From Anthoceros angustus (lineage: Eukaryota > Plantae > Anthocerotophyta): DNA of 64,000 bases. The stretch lies in the NCBI GenBank assembly GCA_010909165.1, contig VJWM01000068.1, forward strand, positions 496,001-560,000, written 5' to 3'. Under the pieces are notes generated by a model. The model was not told the DNA's origin, did not search any database, and was given only the letters and a program-made list of their open reading frames with translations. A program made the position numbers and the translations under genes. Below are positions 25,640 to 36,959 of the stretch, one piece after another; position 1 is the first letter of the stretch; every line of letters starts with the position of its first letter.

Positions 25640-26410
25640 CGTACTAACTTGTAGTTTATTTGATGGATCTAAGTTGAGCGAGAAATGGAGGATCAGACAC
25701 TGAATCTCCTCCTTATAAGGCATAAGGCCTGATTAGAGCGTGATGGGACATAGATGAGAATTGGGAGGAAGGGGAGCCCTCCCAATTCTCATCAATGTCC
25801 ATCACGCTCTAATCAGGCCTTATGCCTTATAAGGAGGAGATTCATTGGGAGTCATGAGGAGGAGGAGGAGGGGGACACGCTAGATACGTACTAACTTGCA
25901 GTTTATTTGATGCATGCTTGTTTCTCAAAGCATTTTTAGATAGGTACTGACTTGTAGTTTATTTGACGCATCTCAGGGCACGAGTGATGATTTGAGGAGG
26001 ATCAGACCGTGATGGGACATAGACAACAATTGGGAGGAGGAGGAGCCCTCCTCCCAGTTCTCATCAATGCCCATCGCGCTCTGATCGAGCCTTCTGCCTT
26101 ATAAGGAGGAGGTTCATCAGTAGTCACGAGGAGGAGGAGGGGGACACACTAGATAGGTACTAACTTGTAGTTTATTTGACACATGCTTGTTTCTCAAAGC
26201 AGTTTTAGATAGGCACAAACTTGTAGTTTATTTGATGTATCTCAAGGCGCGAGTGATGGGAGTTTGAGGAGATCATACAGCGATGAGGAAAATATGAGAA
26301 TTGGGAGAAGCGGGAGCTCTCCTTCTAGTTCTGAGCAATGTCCATCGCGCTCTGATCGAGCCTTATACGGAGGAGGTTCATCATGAGGAGGAGGAGGACA
26401 CGCTAGAGAG
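25640..26410. repeat. Three diverged tandem units, each containing a foldback
   Basis: Shared TACTAACTTGTAGTTTATTTGA and GATGGGACATAG..TTGGGAGG..CCCA.TTCTCATCAATG core. The copy at 25701-25844 is a near-perfect 68-bp stem. Confidence 0.8.
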
Positions 26411-27127
26411 CAGTGAAGGGTTGTTACATCTACACGACATGGAAAAGGTACACGCTCAAGCTTGCGTGCATGAAGGTATGCATACCCCTTTTTATCAAGC
26501 TTAAGCCCCAATGTCCTTAGTACCGTAGTTATCGTCCTGAAATGACCCTTCACCGCTCTCAAGCATGACCAAGACTATTAGGTTTCATATAGACACGTAT
26601 GCATACGTTGCCTGATACGATATAATGTACAAGCCACCGCCATAGCTGTAGGTACAAATGGAGAACCTACAACATAACAGGCAAGCTGCGTTTAGGCAAA
26701 ACTTTCTTTGGTGCTCTCCACCACCTCTGGAATGTAAGAAAGACAGCATCGGCGAATATGCAACAGACCAGCTCACTCATCATGCATAAAGACGTCGAGA
26801 GTACTTTCTCAGCAGACTTCTGGGAAACAACCGTGGCTAGTGCTTCTTCGACCAGTGGAGACTAGTGCCAAGTTGCAGCTGGGCTGTGGTGAATGAAACT
26901 GACAAATGTGTGAAATCTTGTAGGTGTTTTGTGATAAATGTTTATGAAATTGTGGGTTCATTGGCAGTGGTGATAGTGAATGTCAATGCTGCAGCGTCCA
27001 ACAACAATGTGCTAATTCTCCGGGTCAGTGAACTCGCCCTCCTCCTCCAACTATGGCAGTGCCAGACTCCCCCTCCTGGGGACAACAGTAACTTGTTCTA
27101 CGTTGGAGCAAAGAGCATGGGATGAGC

Positions 27128-27415
27128 CACCCCTTCCTCCGCCAGCTACTAGAGCGAACCCCGTGGGACCACCCCTTCCTCCGCCAGCTACTAGAGCAAA
27201 CCCCATGGGACCACCCCTTCCTCCGCCAGGTACTAGAGCAAACATCGTGGGACCCCACCCCTTCCTTCGCCAGCTACTAGAGTGAACCTTGTGGGATCCA
27301 CCCTTGCCTCTGCCAGCTACTAGAGCGACCCCTGTAGGATCCACCCCTTCCTCCGCCAGCTACCGGAGCGAATCCTGTGGGATCCACCCCTTCCTCCGCT
27401 AGCTACTAGAGCGAA
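27128..27415 (+). repeat. 42-bp minisatellite (PPLPPPATRANPVG-coding frame), about 7 copies
   Basis: CCACCCCTTCCTCCGCCAGCTACTAGAGCGAACCCCGTGGGA units. Confidence 0.9.
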
Positions 27416-27451
27416 AATTGCTGTATAGGAACACCGACTGATGGGTAAGCA

Positions 27452-27735
27452 TTGAGCACCATCTCCATGGCCTAAATGAGGATTGTTCTTGTTTGATGAG
27501 CACCATCTCCATGGCCTAAATGAGGATTGTTCTTGTTTGATGAGAACCATCTCCATGGTCTAAATGAGGATTGTTCTTGTTTGATTATTTCTTCACCATC
27601 GCATTCTGTGTGACTCTGAGGACCCTAAATGAGGGTTCTTCTTGTTTGATGCGCATCATCTCCATGACCTAAATGAGAATTGCTTCTTCTTATTTAATGC
27701 GCATCATTTCCATGACCTAAATGAGAATTGCCCTC
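27452..27735. repeat. About 44-bp minisatellite, about 6 copies
   Basis: GAGCACCATCTCCATGGCCTAAATGAGGATTGTTCTTGTTTGAT units. Confidence 0.85.
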
Positions 27736-27813
27736 GTTTAATCAGTCTTTCATCTCACCCTCACACTCCTTATGATTATGGGAATACAATGGCTATTGTA
27801 GTGTTCATCTTCT

Positions 27814-28540
27814 ACAACAACAACAACAACAACAACAACAACTTTATTTATGTCCACTAAGGATGGAGGAACCATCATGGGACAGAGATAGTACAGCATA
27901 AAAGAGGTTTAAAAACCGAGTACACTTACGTACGTCGAACTAGAGAAGCGACTGTATAAGGGAAGCGAAAAGAAGGCAAAGACTACAAGGAGTCCAACAA
28001 GGACTGCCAAGATCAAGAAGCTCAGAGACATAGTCCAGAGCCTAGGAATGTGGAAAGAGAAAAATCTGCGCAGCGAGAAGCCGGCACATTCAAAAAAAAG
28101 AGAGTAACGAGACCGAATATCGGCATAGGCAGGACAATAAAAGAGGAAGTGTGATTGATTCGGGATCCAAGGAGCAAAGCTTGCATCCTATCGCCTTGGG
28201 GAGGGTAGGCTTGAGCCAGCGGTCGGTCTCAATCCGGAGGTGGTGGGAGCTAACACGAAATTGACCTATGAGTGTGCGGAGTTTGAAGGAAAGGGGGAAC
28301 CGAGGCGGGGGTGGTAGGAAATTTACCAGAGGGAGGATTAACTCGAGCTCGTCTTTGTAAAAGCGGAGTCTAGAAGTGAGAGGGGGAAAAGGAAAGAGGG
28401 GACCAGGTGAGGCGAAGGTATCTTAATTTAAGGGCCCTGCGAATGGAGTGGTTGGGGGGGATGTGAGAAAGGGGGAGTTGGGAGGAGGGAGAGGGCCAAG
28501 CAGGGAGTCCAAAAGGTTCAAACTCGAATCTACAATCACA
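27814..28540 (-). mobile_element. 5'-truncated non-LTR retrotransposon (LINE) with (TTG)n tail
   Basis: Minus strand reads LIGQFRVSSHHLRIETDRW..R.CKLC..E...HFLFYCPAYADIR (C-terminal CCHC finger, frameshifted). The (CAA)n at 27814-27842 is the 3' tail, and CTACAAC(A) occurs at both ends as a likely TSD. Confidence 0.75.
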
Positions 28541-28549
28541 CCTACAACA

Positions 28550-28934
28550 TGTTGGGAAAAGAGCTGAGGCTTTATTGAGAGGGAACACAACACTCCCATA
28601 TAATATGGGTTATATGCACTAAGCACACTTGGCACCAGCACACTTGCACACTTGCACACACTACACTTCACATGTAGGTGGGTTTGACCTTATATAGTCC
28701 TCAGCTTTGAATCCTATTGGTCACTTGACCTTGAATCCTATTGGGCGCTTAACTTGCCCTTTACTCTTGGGCTTTCTAGAAGATACATGACTTTCTAGAA
28801 AGTATACAAGTTTATTATTTTTAGGACACTCTTCATAACCTGTTTTTAGGGTATAATTCATAACATATTTTGATATATTTTTAGGGCATTATTTATAACA
28901 TATTTTGATATGTTGCAATAAATAATTTCTAACA
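28550..28934 (-). mobile_element. Diverged solo LTR of the copia family
   Basis: TG..CA ends and recognisable reverse-complement similarity to 13220-13576. TSD only partly matching (CAACA/CAATG). Confidence 0.85.
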
Positions 28935-29709
28935 CAATGTGCCTCAGGTGATGGAGGGCTTACCCTATCTAACCTCCAATATCAGTCTTCACCCATTTAT
29001 CACCTTCGACACCGGGGAAACATTCTTGGCTTCAGGTTCGACGTATGATACTTCACCAGCACCAGGGTCATGTAATGCCGGAAAGGACTTGAGTATTCAG
29101 TCTTGGCACAACTATCCAAACTGGCCCTGGTAGCAATAATTGTAATAGTTCTAAAAGTTATATAATAAATACAAATTATAATATAGAATATAATGTAAAA
29201 TTTAAAATGTAGAATATATTTAAAATTAAAAACCTTATCATAATAATAATTTATTCATTAACTTAGATGTCATAGAGCCCATGATATTGTAAGCCTCAAG
29301 CCCTATTTACGACACGTACCAACTTGTCCAAGCTTAGCCATATCCAAAATAAGAGCAATCGGCTAGTGATAGCTATTCTTCCAAATCTCTGACCGTTAGC
29401 TTCCTCTTTCTTCCCTCCTTTTTCTCTTCCAAAGAGTTGTCCCTAAGCGTCCTCTTTCTTCCCTCCCCTCCTGCCCCGTGTCCAAAGCTGCTTTTCTTCG
29501 AAACCTTTGGTAGTAAGCTTCCTTTTTCTCTTTCCCCCTCTGCCCAAAGCTGCTATTCTTTCTACTTGCTGGCTGCATTCGGAGCTTTTTATATCTGTGA
29601 AGACCGAGTCCTTCCGCCTTCAGCCTTCCGCTTTCCGGCAGGCGAACTGACTTGATGATCGTGGAGAGTTCACCTCTCTGGCGTCGACAGTAGACTTCAC
29701 TGGAAGCCG

Positions 29710-29945
29710 GGTGGAGCGCACAGCTCTAGAATGGCTGGGTGCAGGAGGAGCAGGGCGGCTGTGGCGATGCTGGCCATAGGCATGGCTGCGCTCCTGCACA
29801 GTGGCGCGCCTGCTCCACCTACTACAGCGCCGGGGAGCAGTACGGCTGGAGGAGGCCACCGGCAAACAACCCCGGCTCCTTGGACCAGTTGAGTGCCAAG
29901 TACACCGTCTACATCTAGGACGAGATCAGTGATCCCAGATGTCCC
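29710..29945 (+). pseudogene. Degenerate duplicate of phytocyanin exon 1
   Basis: Parallels 29970-30195 (TACGGCTGGAGG..AACAACCCCGGC..GACGAGATCAGT.ATCCCAGAT), with a stop and shifts. Confidence 0.8.
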
Positions 29946-29991
29946 GTCGCCGAGGTCAGAGGTCAGTGCGCCGGTGGAGCACAGCTCCAGA

Positions 29992-31206
29992 ATGGCTCGG
30001 AGCAGGAGGCGGGCGGCGATGGCGGTGCTGGCCGTATGCATGGCCGCGCTCCTGCCGTGTGCCTGCGCCACCCATTACTACGCCGGGGACGAGTACGGCT
30101 GGAGGCGGCCTCCGGCAGACAACCCCGGCTTCTTCGACCAGTGGGGTGCCAAGCACACCTTCTACATCAACGACGAGATCAGTAATCCCAGATTTCCGAT
30201 ATTAAGCTTTGCTTGTGGGGAAGTGGGAGTGTTGTTGTTTGTGTGAATGTGGCGAAGCATATGGTTGTGTGATTGTATAGGTGTATTGTCAGAGTGATGA
30301 ATGTTTGCGAAATTGTGGGTGTGTTGTGGTGATTCTGAATGCTGCAGAGTTCGACAGCCACGGAGCCAACACCACTACGGTGTCCCTCCGGGCCAATGAC
30401 TACGAAGTGTGCAATACCTCCGATCCCGGAGGTGAGCGCACGCGCTCCACGCCTAACACGGCCGTCCTCTTTGCGCGTCTCGGGGACTTCTACTTTGCCA
30501 GCGGCAAACCCGGGGACTGCCAGGCCGGGCTGAGGATGAAGATCACCGTCTCGCCCTCGTTGCACAACTACGGCGGTGCCTCTCCTCCTTCGGGAGGGGC
30601 GTCACCCCCGCGCACATCCGAGCCTCCGGATGCCCCGCCTGGCGGCAGTAGCAACTTCTTCTACGTCGGAGGAAAGGACTTGGGATGGACCAACCCCTCC
30701 GCCTACAGCCACTACGCCGACTGGGCGAGCTCCGTGGAACCGCTGTACGTGGACACCGACCGGTTGGGTGAGCACGGAGCGCCTCCTTGTCCTGAATGAG
30801 GATTGTTCTTGGTTGGCCGTTTCTTCGCCGGCGCCATCGCATTGGGCCTGATTGTGAGGATTTGCTGGCTGTGGCAGTGTTCACCTACGACAACCAGACC
30901 CACAATGTGGCTCAGCTGATGGAGGGCCTGCCCTACCGCCTCTGCAATACCAGCAGCCCGTACATCACCTTCGACACCGGGCGAGATATTCTCGGCCCCA
31001 GCAGGTCCGGCGTCTACTACTTCAGCAGCAACAAGGTCGGTGACTGCAAGGCCGGAATGCGCTTCAGCATCACGTGGGTTGCGGGATCCCGGCCTGCGTC
31101 CCCGTGTGTCGCACCCGGTGCCCATAGTGCGGCAATCTCGGGTGCACGGCTGGGAACCCTCCTCCTCCTTGCTGCTCTCGGCTTGTCTCTGCTGGTGCTC
31201 AGCTGA
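29992..31206 (+). CDS. Two-domain phytocyanin / early nodulin-like protein, signal peptide + GPI-type tail (exons 29992-30181, 30348-30767, 30878-31206; 312 aa)
   Basis: GT-AG introns in phase 1 after both F.x.D.L motifs. YYAGDEYGW..QWGAKHTFYINDEI; DCQAGLRMKI; FYVGGKDLGW..DWA; THNVAQ; DCKAGMRFSI; hydrophobic C-terminus. The joined length of 939 nt is in frame. Confidence 0.9.
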
Positions 31207-31567
31207 TTGATTGCATTGGATTCAAGATCTGGGCTTGAAGCCGCCATAGGCCACTTCAGCTCAGCACTGCTTTCTATGTGGCCAGAGGCCCTAGTGTTAT
31301 GCGAGAACTTTTCTGTACTACCTAGTTCCTTCATCAACCAGCCAGCATTGGATTTCTAGCAGCAGCCCAGTGTCATTGCCACAGTTCTGTATCTGAATTT
31401 TCTTCGTCGACCAGCGAAGTCACGGACCCAACTGCCACTCCTTGACCGCAGCAACGCATTCGCTGCTTTGCCTGGTATGTCCGGTTACCACTTGTTCATC
31501 TTTTCCTTGATTTTATAAAGGTTAAATTTACACTAAATAAACAACGAATTCGCTGCCTCGCCTGACG

Positions 31568-31960
31568 TTGGACGGCTCATTGGCGAGTTGGAAGGCAAAA
31601 CCAGCCTCTGCGCTTCTGGAAGGGTGTCGGATGCGGTCACCCCTCTTCTCTTCTCCGTGCCATTGCTCACCTACTTGAATCTCTCGGGGAACAGTTTGCA
31701 GGGAAGCTTTCCCGACAATGCCAGCACAAGTTTCGAGGTTTTGGACCTCAGTTTCAACTTAGTTGTTCGATGGCAGCATCTCCGCTTAGGGTTTAGGGAA
31801 CCTTCCCGAGGGTTTAGAGTTGTCACGATTTCGCAGGACGCATTCCCCCGTAGCTAGGCAATCTAACCAACTTCATCCACATCGACCCGCTGGGTAAAGC
31901 GGAGTTGGAAGGGGAATTGCCTTCGGAGCTCAGGGCCTGTACCAAGCTCACTTTCGAAAA
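31568..31960 (+). pseudogene. LRR (RLK/RLP-type) fragment
   Basis: LLTYLNLSGNSLQGSFP..EVLDLSFNL; GRIP..LGNLTN. Truncated at the MED15-like junction. Confidence 0.75.
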
Positions 31961-34464
31961 GGGGGAGCAACAGCTTGGATTGGGGTCCCACTCTTCATAA
32001 TGTCTGCGATTGGTGGAAAAGCTGATGGAACTGTTTATGGGGAATGTAGCTGGGGAGATGGAGCCTGCAAATCCGCGGGGAAGACACTGTTTGCGGTGAT
32101 GACGCTGTGAGCTGTTGTGCCTGAGGCCGTTGAGATGGCAGTTGCTGAGGTGGCAACTGCGGCAGCTGCGTATGCCCATGCTGCTGGTGTATCTGGAGAC
32201 GGTGCTGTTGCTGATTAAAAGCCTCGTCATCCTTAAGTGATCGCAGCTTCTGAGCTTGCGGCTCATCTTGCTGTTGTTTCAGCAACTTCTGTAGCTGCGT
32301 GTCCACTTCCACCCAATACTGTACTAGATAAGTTGCCCTGTCCAAGAGAAGTTACTCCTCCATTCTGCTGAAGGTTCATCATGTTTTGTTGCGGCCCACG
32401 TCCACCATTTGGCTGTAAGGATGAAAGGTTAGAACGATAAATGTCGAGACAGGAACTTGGGCAGGAATGCGCTGCAGGGGTTGTTGTACCTGCTGTCCTT
32501 GCTTGTTTTGATGCTGCAACTGAGGGAGCGTCTGCTGGTGTTGCAACGATTGTGTCTGGATCTCAGGCGGCAATTGCTCAAGCTGTGCTTGATGTGTTTG
32601 CATGATCTGACCTGAAAGGTCTGTTTGATGCGACAGGCCACTGGAATGCCCTGACAAATCGAGGGATTCTGTCAAACAAATGTCACCAAGAATTAGAATG
32701 ACAGTTCGGCAAATCTTGCAGCCTATAACAAGGTTGACCTACAATACCAACCAGAACAAGCTTCAGGAAGGGCCCGTTGCTGATTGGCCTGTAGCACCTG
32801 CTGCTGTTGAAGGAGGCTCCTGTTGATGGCTAACTGACTGTTGAATTCGCTGCTGCGGCTGGCTAGTTACTGCTGGAAGCATCTGATGTGGCTGCTGAGA
32901 TTGTTCCTGTGACTGACTTTGTGAAGTGATACGCTGTTGGGTCGACTGCTGCAGCTGCGGTTGCTCTTGCTGCTGCTGCTGCTGCTGCATGCCCTGAACT
33001 GCATTTTGAAGTTGAGCCACTTGGGACGATTGACGCAGGACTGGCTGCGGCTGCGGCTGCTGCTGCTGAATATGTGGATATGAATGTCGCTGTTGCTGCT
33101 GTTGCTGTTGCAGCTGCTGTACCTGCTGCTGGTGCTGGTGCTGCAGCTGCTGGAACAGTTGCTGTAACTGCTGCTGGTGCTGCTCTTGCTGCTGCTGCAG
33201 CTGCTGTAACTGCAGCTGGTGCTGCTCTTGCTGCTGCAGCAGCTCCTGTAACTGCTGCTGCTGCTGCTCTTGCTGCTGCTGCAGCTGCTGTAACTGCTGC
33301 TGCTGCTGCTGCTGCTCTTGCTGCTCTTGCTGCTGCTGCAGCTGCTGCAGCTGCAGCAGCTGCTGTAACAGCTCCTGTAACAGCTCCCGTAGCAGCAGTA
33401 CGTGCTGATGCAGGTGTGGTTGTGGTTGTGGTTCTGGTTGTGGCTGTGGCTGTGGCTGTGGCTGTGGCTGTGGCTGTGGCTGTGGCTGTGGCTGTGGCTG
33501 TGGCTGTGGCTGGGGCTGGGGCTGTGGCTGTGGCTGTGGCTGGCTGGGGCTGGGCTGTGGCTGTGGCTGTGGCTCGATATGCCGCCGCTGTGGCCCATTT
33601 CGACGAAGCGGATGCGCCTGAATTGTAGCACTCTGTGCAAGATTTGGGACAGACGTGGTCGCCAGGGCATTCTGTGCAAGCTGAGCCCCGCCTGCTGACG
33701 TCCGAGTTTGGTTCCTCAGTAAACCCATCGGACCTGTCCAACACAGCACGATTCAACCGAAAATAAAGCAAATGGACATTAAGCTACTTCAACTACACCA
33801 CTCCATGCGCCCTTTCACCCTCCCCCCTCTCACCTGGGTCACCACCTTGTGCAATTCCTCCTGCCATTCCTCCGTCAGCAGGAGGCTGCGCTCGGGTTCG
33901 CTCCGCAATAATCTTCGACGATATCTTGCGCGCATAATCTTGCTGCAACGGACACACAGCAAATGGCCAGCATGAGAGACAGCACAGCCATAGAAGAGCC
34001 GCCCCATCTACACTCTCACCTTACCTTATCGGTAGCAGCGGCAAAGATCTTCTGCTCAAACGTTAGAGCAATATTAGACAATTTTCTCATCCCCGCCTCA
34101 CCTGCCACGGGCATGTGCCTACACAGAGCTTCCAATCTGCAACCAGCAAGTCCATTCAAATGAATTCCTCCAGACTCCTCCATCCACAATTCACAAATGC
34201 ACACCGATGCTAGATCAGCGGGAGCCCCTAACTGACAGTGTATAGAGAATCCCTAAAATCTGATGAAAATCCTGAGTACGGATCAGCCTACTCTTCTGCC
34301 CCCCGGCCCTGCTGAAGAATCGCACCACCTGCACCAAATCAAACGATGGAACAAGCTAGAGGGGCGAGCCAAACTCACATCCTCTCCACGATTTTGACGC
34401 GTGACTCCTCATCCACGCCCGACCTCCAATCCCCACTTCCATTTCCATCGCCGCCTGCATCCAT
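31948..34464 (-). pseudogene. MED15: MED15a-like KIX/Q-rich gene, copy A (exons 34464-34379, 34136-34025, 33942-33834, 33733-about 32745, then downstream pieces)
   Basis: MDAGGDGNGSGDWRSGVDEESRVKIVERILEALCRHMPVAGEAGMRKLSNIALTFEQKIFAAATDKQDYARKISSK matches the plant MED15a KIX pattern. Has (QP)n and polyQ, a frameshift near 32825, and lacks the middle domain. Confidence 0.75.
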
Positions 34465-34959
34465 GGCGGCCAAAATCGGCCGCACGGCAAAGTTTGAGCT
34501 CAAGCCTTCGCCGGCCACACTGCCATTCCTACAGAGCAGCAACTCCGCTTCATATTTGAATTTAAATAAATCAGGGCAGAGAAACAACCCATAGAAATAT
34601 GATCATTCGAATTAGCTGCCTAATAATAACTAATGATAAAAACTTTATCAATTACGGATAGTCGTTGTTGGAGTTTGCTTAGGAAATCAGTTTGTTTCAG
34701 ATTTCAGCAACAGCGCTTAGCAGAACAAACCGTCAGCGACCTTCTTCGCACGGAATTGAAAAGGAGCTGACGGAAATGTTGGTCGGACTACGAGCTGCAA
34801 CGGTGCACAAAGTACCATTCCATCTGCGCCGCTATCGTTCGGAAATTTGTTGCTGTCGGTTTTTGTTGACGGGTTTTATTCAGGTCCAGGGTTGAACAGA
34901 ATCTCTCGGCTCTAGAAATCGATGCGGACGATTTGCGGCTTTAATTTGAGGCATGAGAA

Positions 34960-36020
34960 GATCAGATGTTTTCCTGCCCGGATGTCCCTTTGATGAAATG
35001 GGTGAGGACCTTACGGAAGATGGCAAGCGATGGTTTGGTTTCACCGTGATCGTCAAGTGTTTCTTTGGTGCTTTACAGACACTGAACTCCTCCAGGAGAC
35101 CAAGCTGGACATGATGTATAGGTTTCAGGTACAAATCCGTTGTGGAGGAAGTTTACACCAGCTGATGAGGATCATAATGTGGAGAGCCCCGTACTCACAA
35201 AGGAGCAGGGCTGTCCACTCTTGACTGCCCTGATAGCTGGGTATGCCCAGCAAGGGCTCGGACATGAGACGCTTGTTCTGTATGGACAAAAGGAGCAAGA
35301 GGGCCCCATTTGGCTGACCATGTTACCGTTGGCTTCTCGAGGCCTGTGGAAGCACTGGTCCCTTACAGAAGGGCAGGCAGCTGCACTCACTGATTGTCGA
35401 AGGAGGACTGTTGGATGAAGTAGTGGTGGGCAACTGCCTGGTGGACAAGTTTGCAAAATGTAGTAAACTGAAAGATGCTTGCCAGGTTTTTGACAGCATG
35501 AACACAAAACATGTGGTGACATGCACTGCCCTGATAGCTGGGAATGCCCAGCAAGGGCTCGGACATGAGACGCTTGTTCTGTATGGACAAATGGAGCAGG
35601 AGCGCCTCATTTTGGCTGACCCTGTTACGTGTGGAAGTACTGGTGCCTTAAAGAAAGGCAGTCAGCTGCACTCAAAAAGGACACCTGGTAACGTGTAGTA
35701 ATTGGGCAACTGCCTGGTGGACGTATGTGCAGAATGTGGCAAACTGGAGGCTGCACGCCGGGTTTTCGACAGATAAGCGGCAAGGGATGTGGTGATACGG
35801 AATTCCCAGACATCTAGGTGTTGTGCTTAAGGTCACAAGGCACTAGCTTGTTTGTTGAACGCCTGCAAAAGTCACTGGGATATAGAGAGGGCGATGTGGG
35901 GTTTTGAAAGCATTGTTAGGCTGGACCTCAAAGGGCGCCTGCGCATGTGCTCATGGCCAATGCCTACTGCGCAGATGCAGGTAAGTGGACCGTCGTAGAC
36001 AGGATTGAAACACACAGATT
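34960..36020 (+). pseudogene. PLS-class PPR remnant
   Basis: VVGNCLVDKFAKCSKLKDACQVFDSM..VVTCTALIAGNAQQGLGHE (motif present twice); LMANAYCADAGKW. Confidence 0.8.
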
Positions 36021-36959
36021 AGGGCAGCAGGAGCTAACAAGAAACCTTTCAGTGGCGAGCGTCGAGCTGAATAAGGAGGAACATCGATTTCTGGTCGGAG
36101 AGAGGATCCTTTTTTCTTCATTGCCCCATTTGGCTTAGAGTTGCCGGCTGTATCCATGGCAGGCAGCCCGGGCTCTCCGGCTCTCCGGCGCAAAGAAAGC
36201 TTTCAGCTGAAGCCTTCGCCGGCTACGGACCCAACTGCCGCTCCTCTTTTTCGCGATAGAACTGTGACTCCCCGCTGCGGCGGCGCTGTTCGGGCGACCG
36301 GGTGACCGTTTGCTCCCCGCTGCAAAAGCAACTGCTCCCGAATCCCCGATGCCTGTCAGGGAGTTCAGCGGAATGTTGGTGGTCCCACCACGAGCTGGCC
36401 CTGTGCACAGGATGCCATTCGATCTGGGCCGTCACCATACTGAAATTGCTTTCTGTGGATTCGGCGATACACAGGGAGTAGGCTGATCCAGGTTACCATG
36501 CGGAGGAAGACGTGTGTGTTGGAGGATTACTAGCAGCAAGGCAGTTCAAGTAATGTTTTCCTGGCCAGATGTGAGGATCTAAGAAGAGAAGGCATGGGCC
36601 TGAGGCTGTGGCTGTGGCAGTGAAGCGACGGGGAGAGGGAGAGAAACTAGCTGCATTAAATCCCTTTCACAACGGCGGACTAGGAATGGGGAGAAAGACC
36701 TTCCCCACCTTGGAGGGGCGGGAAGAAATGTAATCCACAAAAGTCTCTATCGCTGCCACAGCAGCAGCAGGAACGCAGGACCCTCGATACCTGCAACAGC
36801 ACCAAACTTGTCATACTTCCTTACCCGTCTCGTGCCATTAGTGGTATAGGTGCAAAAAAGAAGCAGACATAGACTTTCGTAGCCCTAATGACAGAAAAAA
36901 GCTCGACAGCATCTCGACAGAACATAGGAAACGCTGGCTTACAATTGCTGAGGCTCTAG

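Larger units (their letters stand above)
26820..29130 (+). pseudogene. Degenerate phytocyanin paralog interrupted by satellites, a LINE and a solo LTR
   Basis: Matches to the intact gene: CTTCTTCGACCAGTGG (26843), AATGCTGCAG acceptor, AACTTGTTCTACGTTGGAGCAAAG (about 27090), QVMEGLPY..FITFDTG..SCNAG (28945-29100). Confidence 0.75.

Noticed and set aside
32863-33771. Poly-Ala/Val, Ser/His and LW ORFs (alternative frames and strand)
   Set aside because: Shadow frames of the CAG/CAGCCA repeats; only the Q/P frame splices to the KIX exons.
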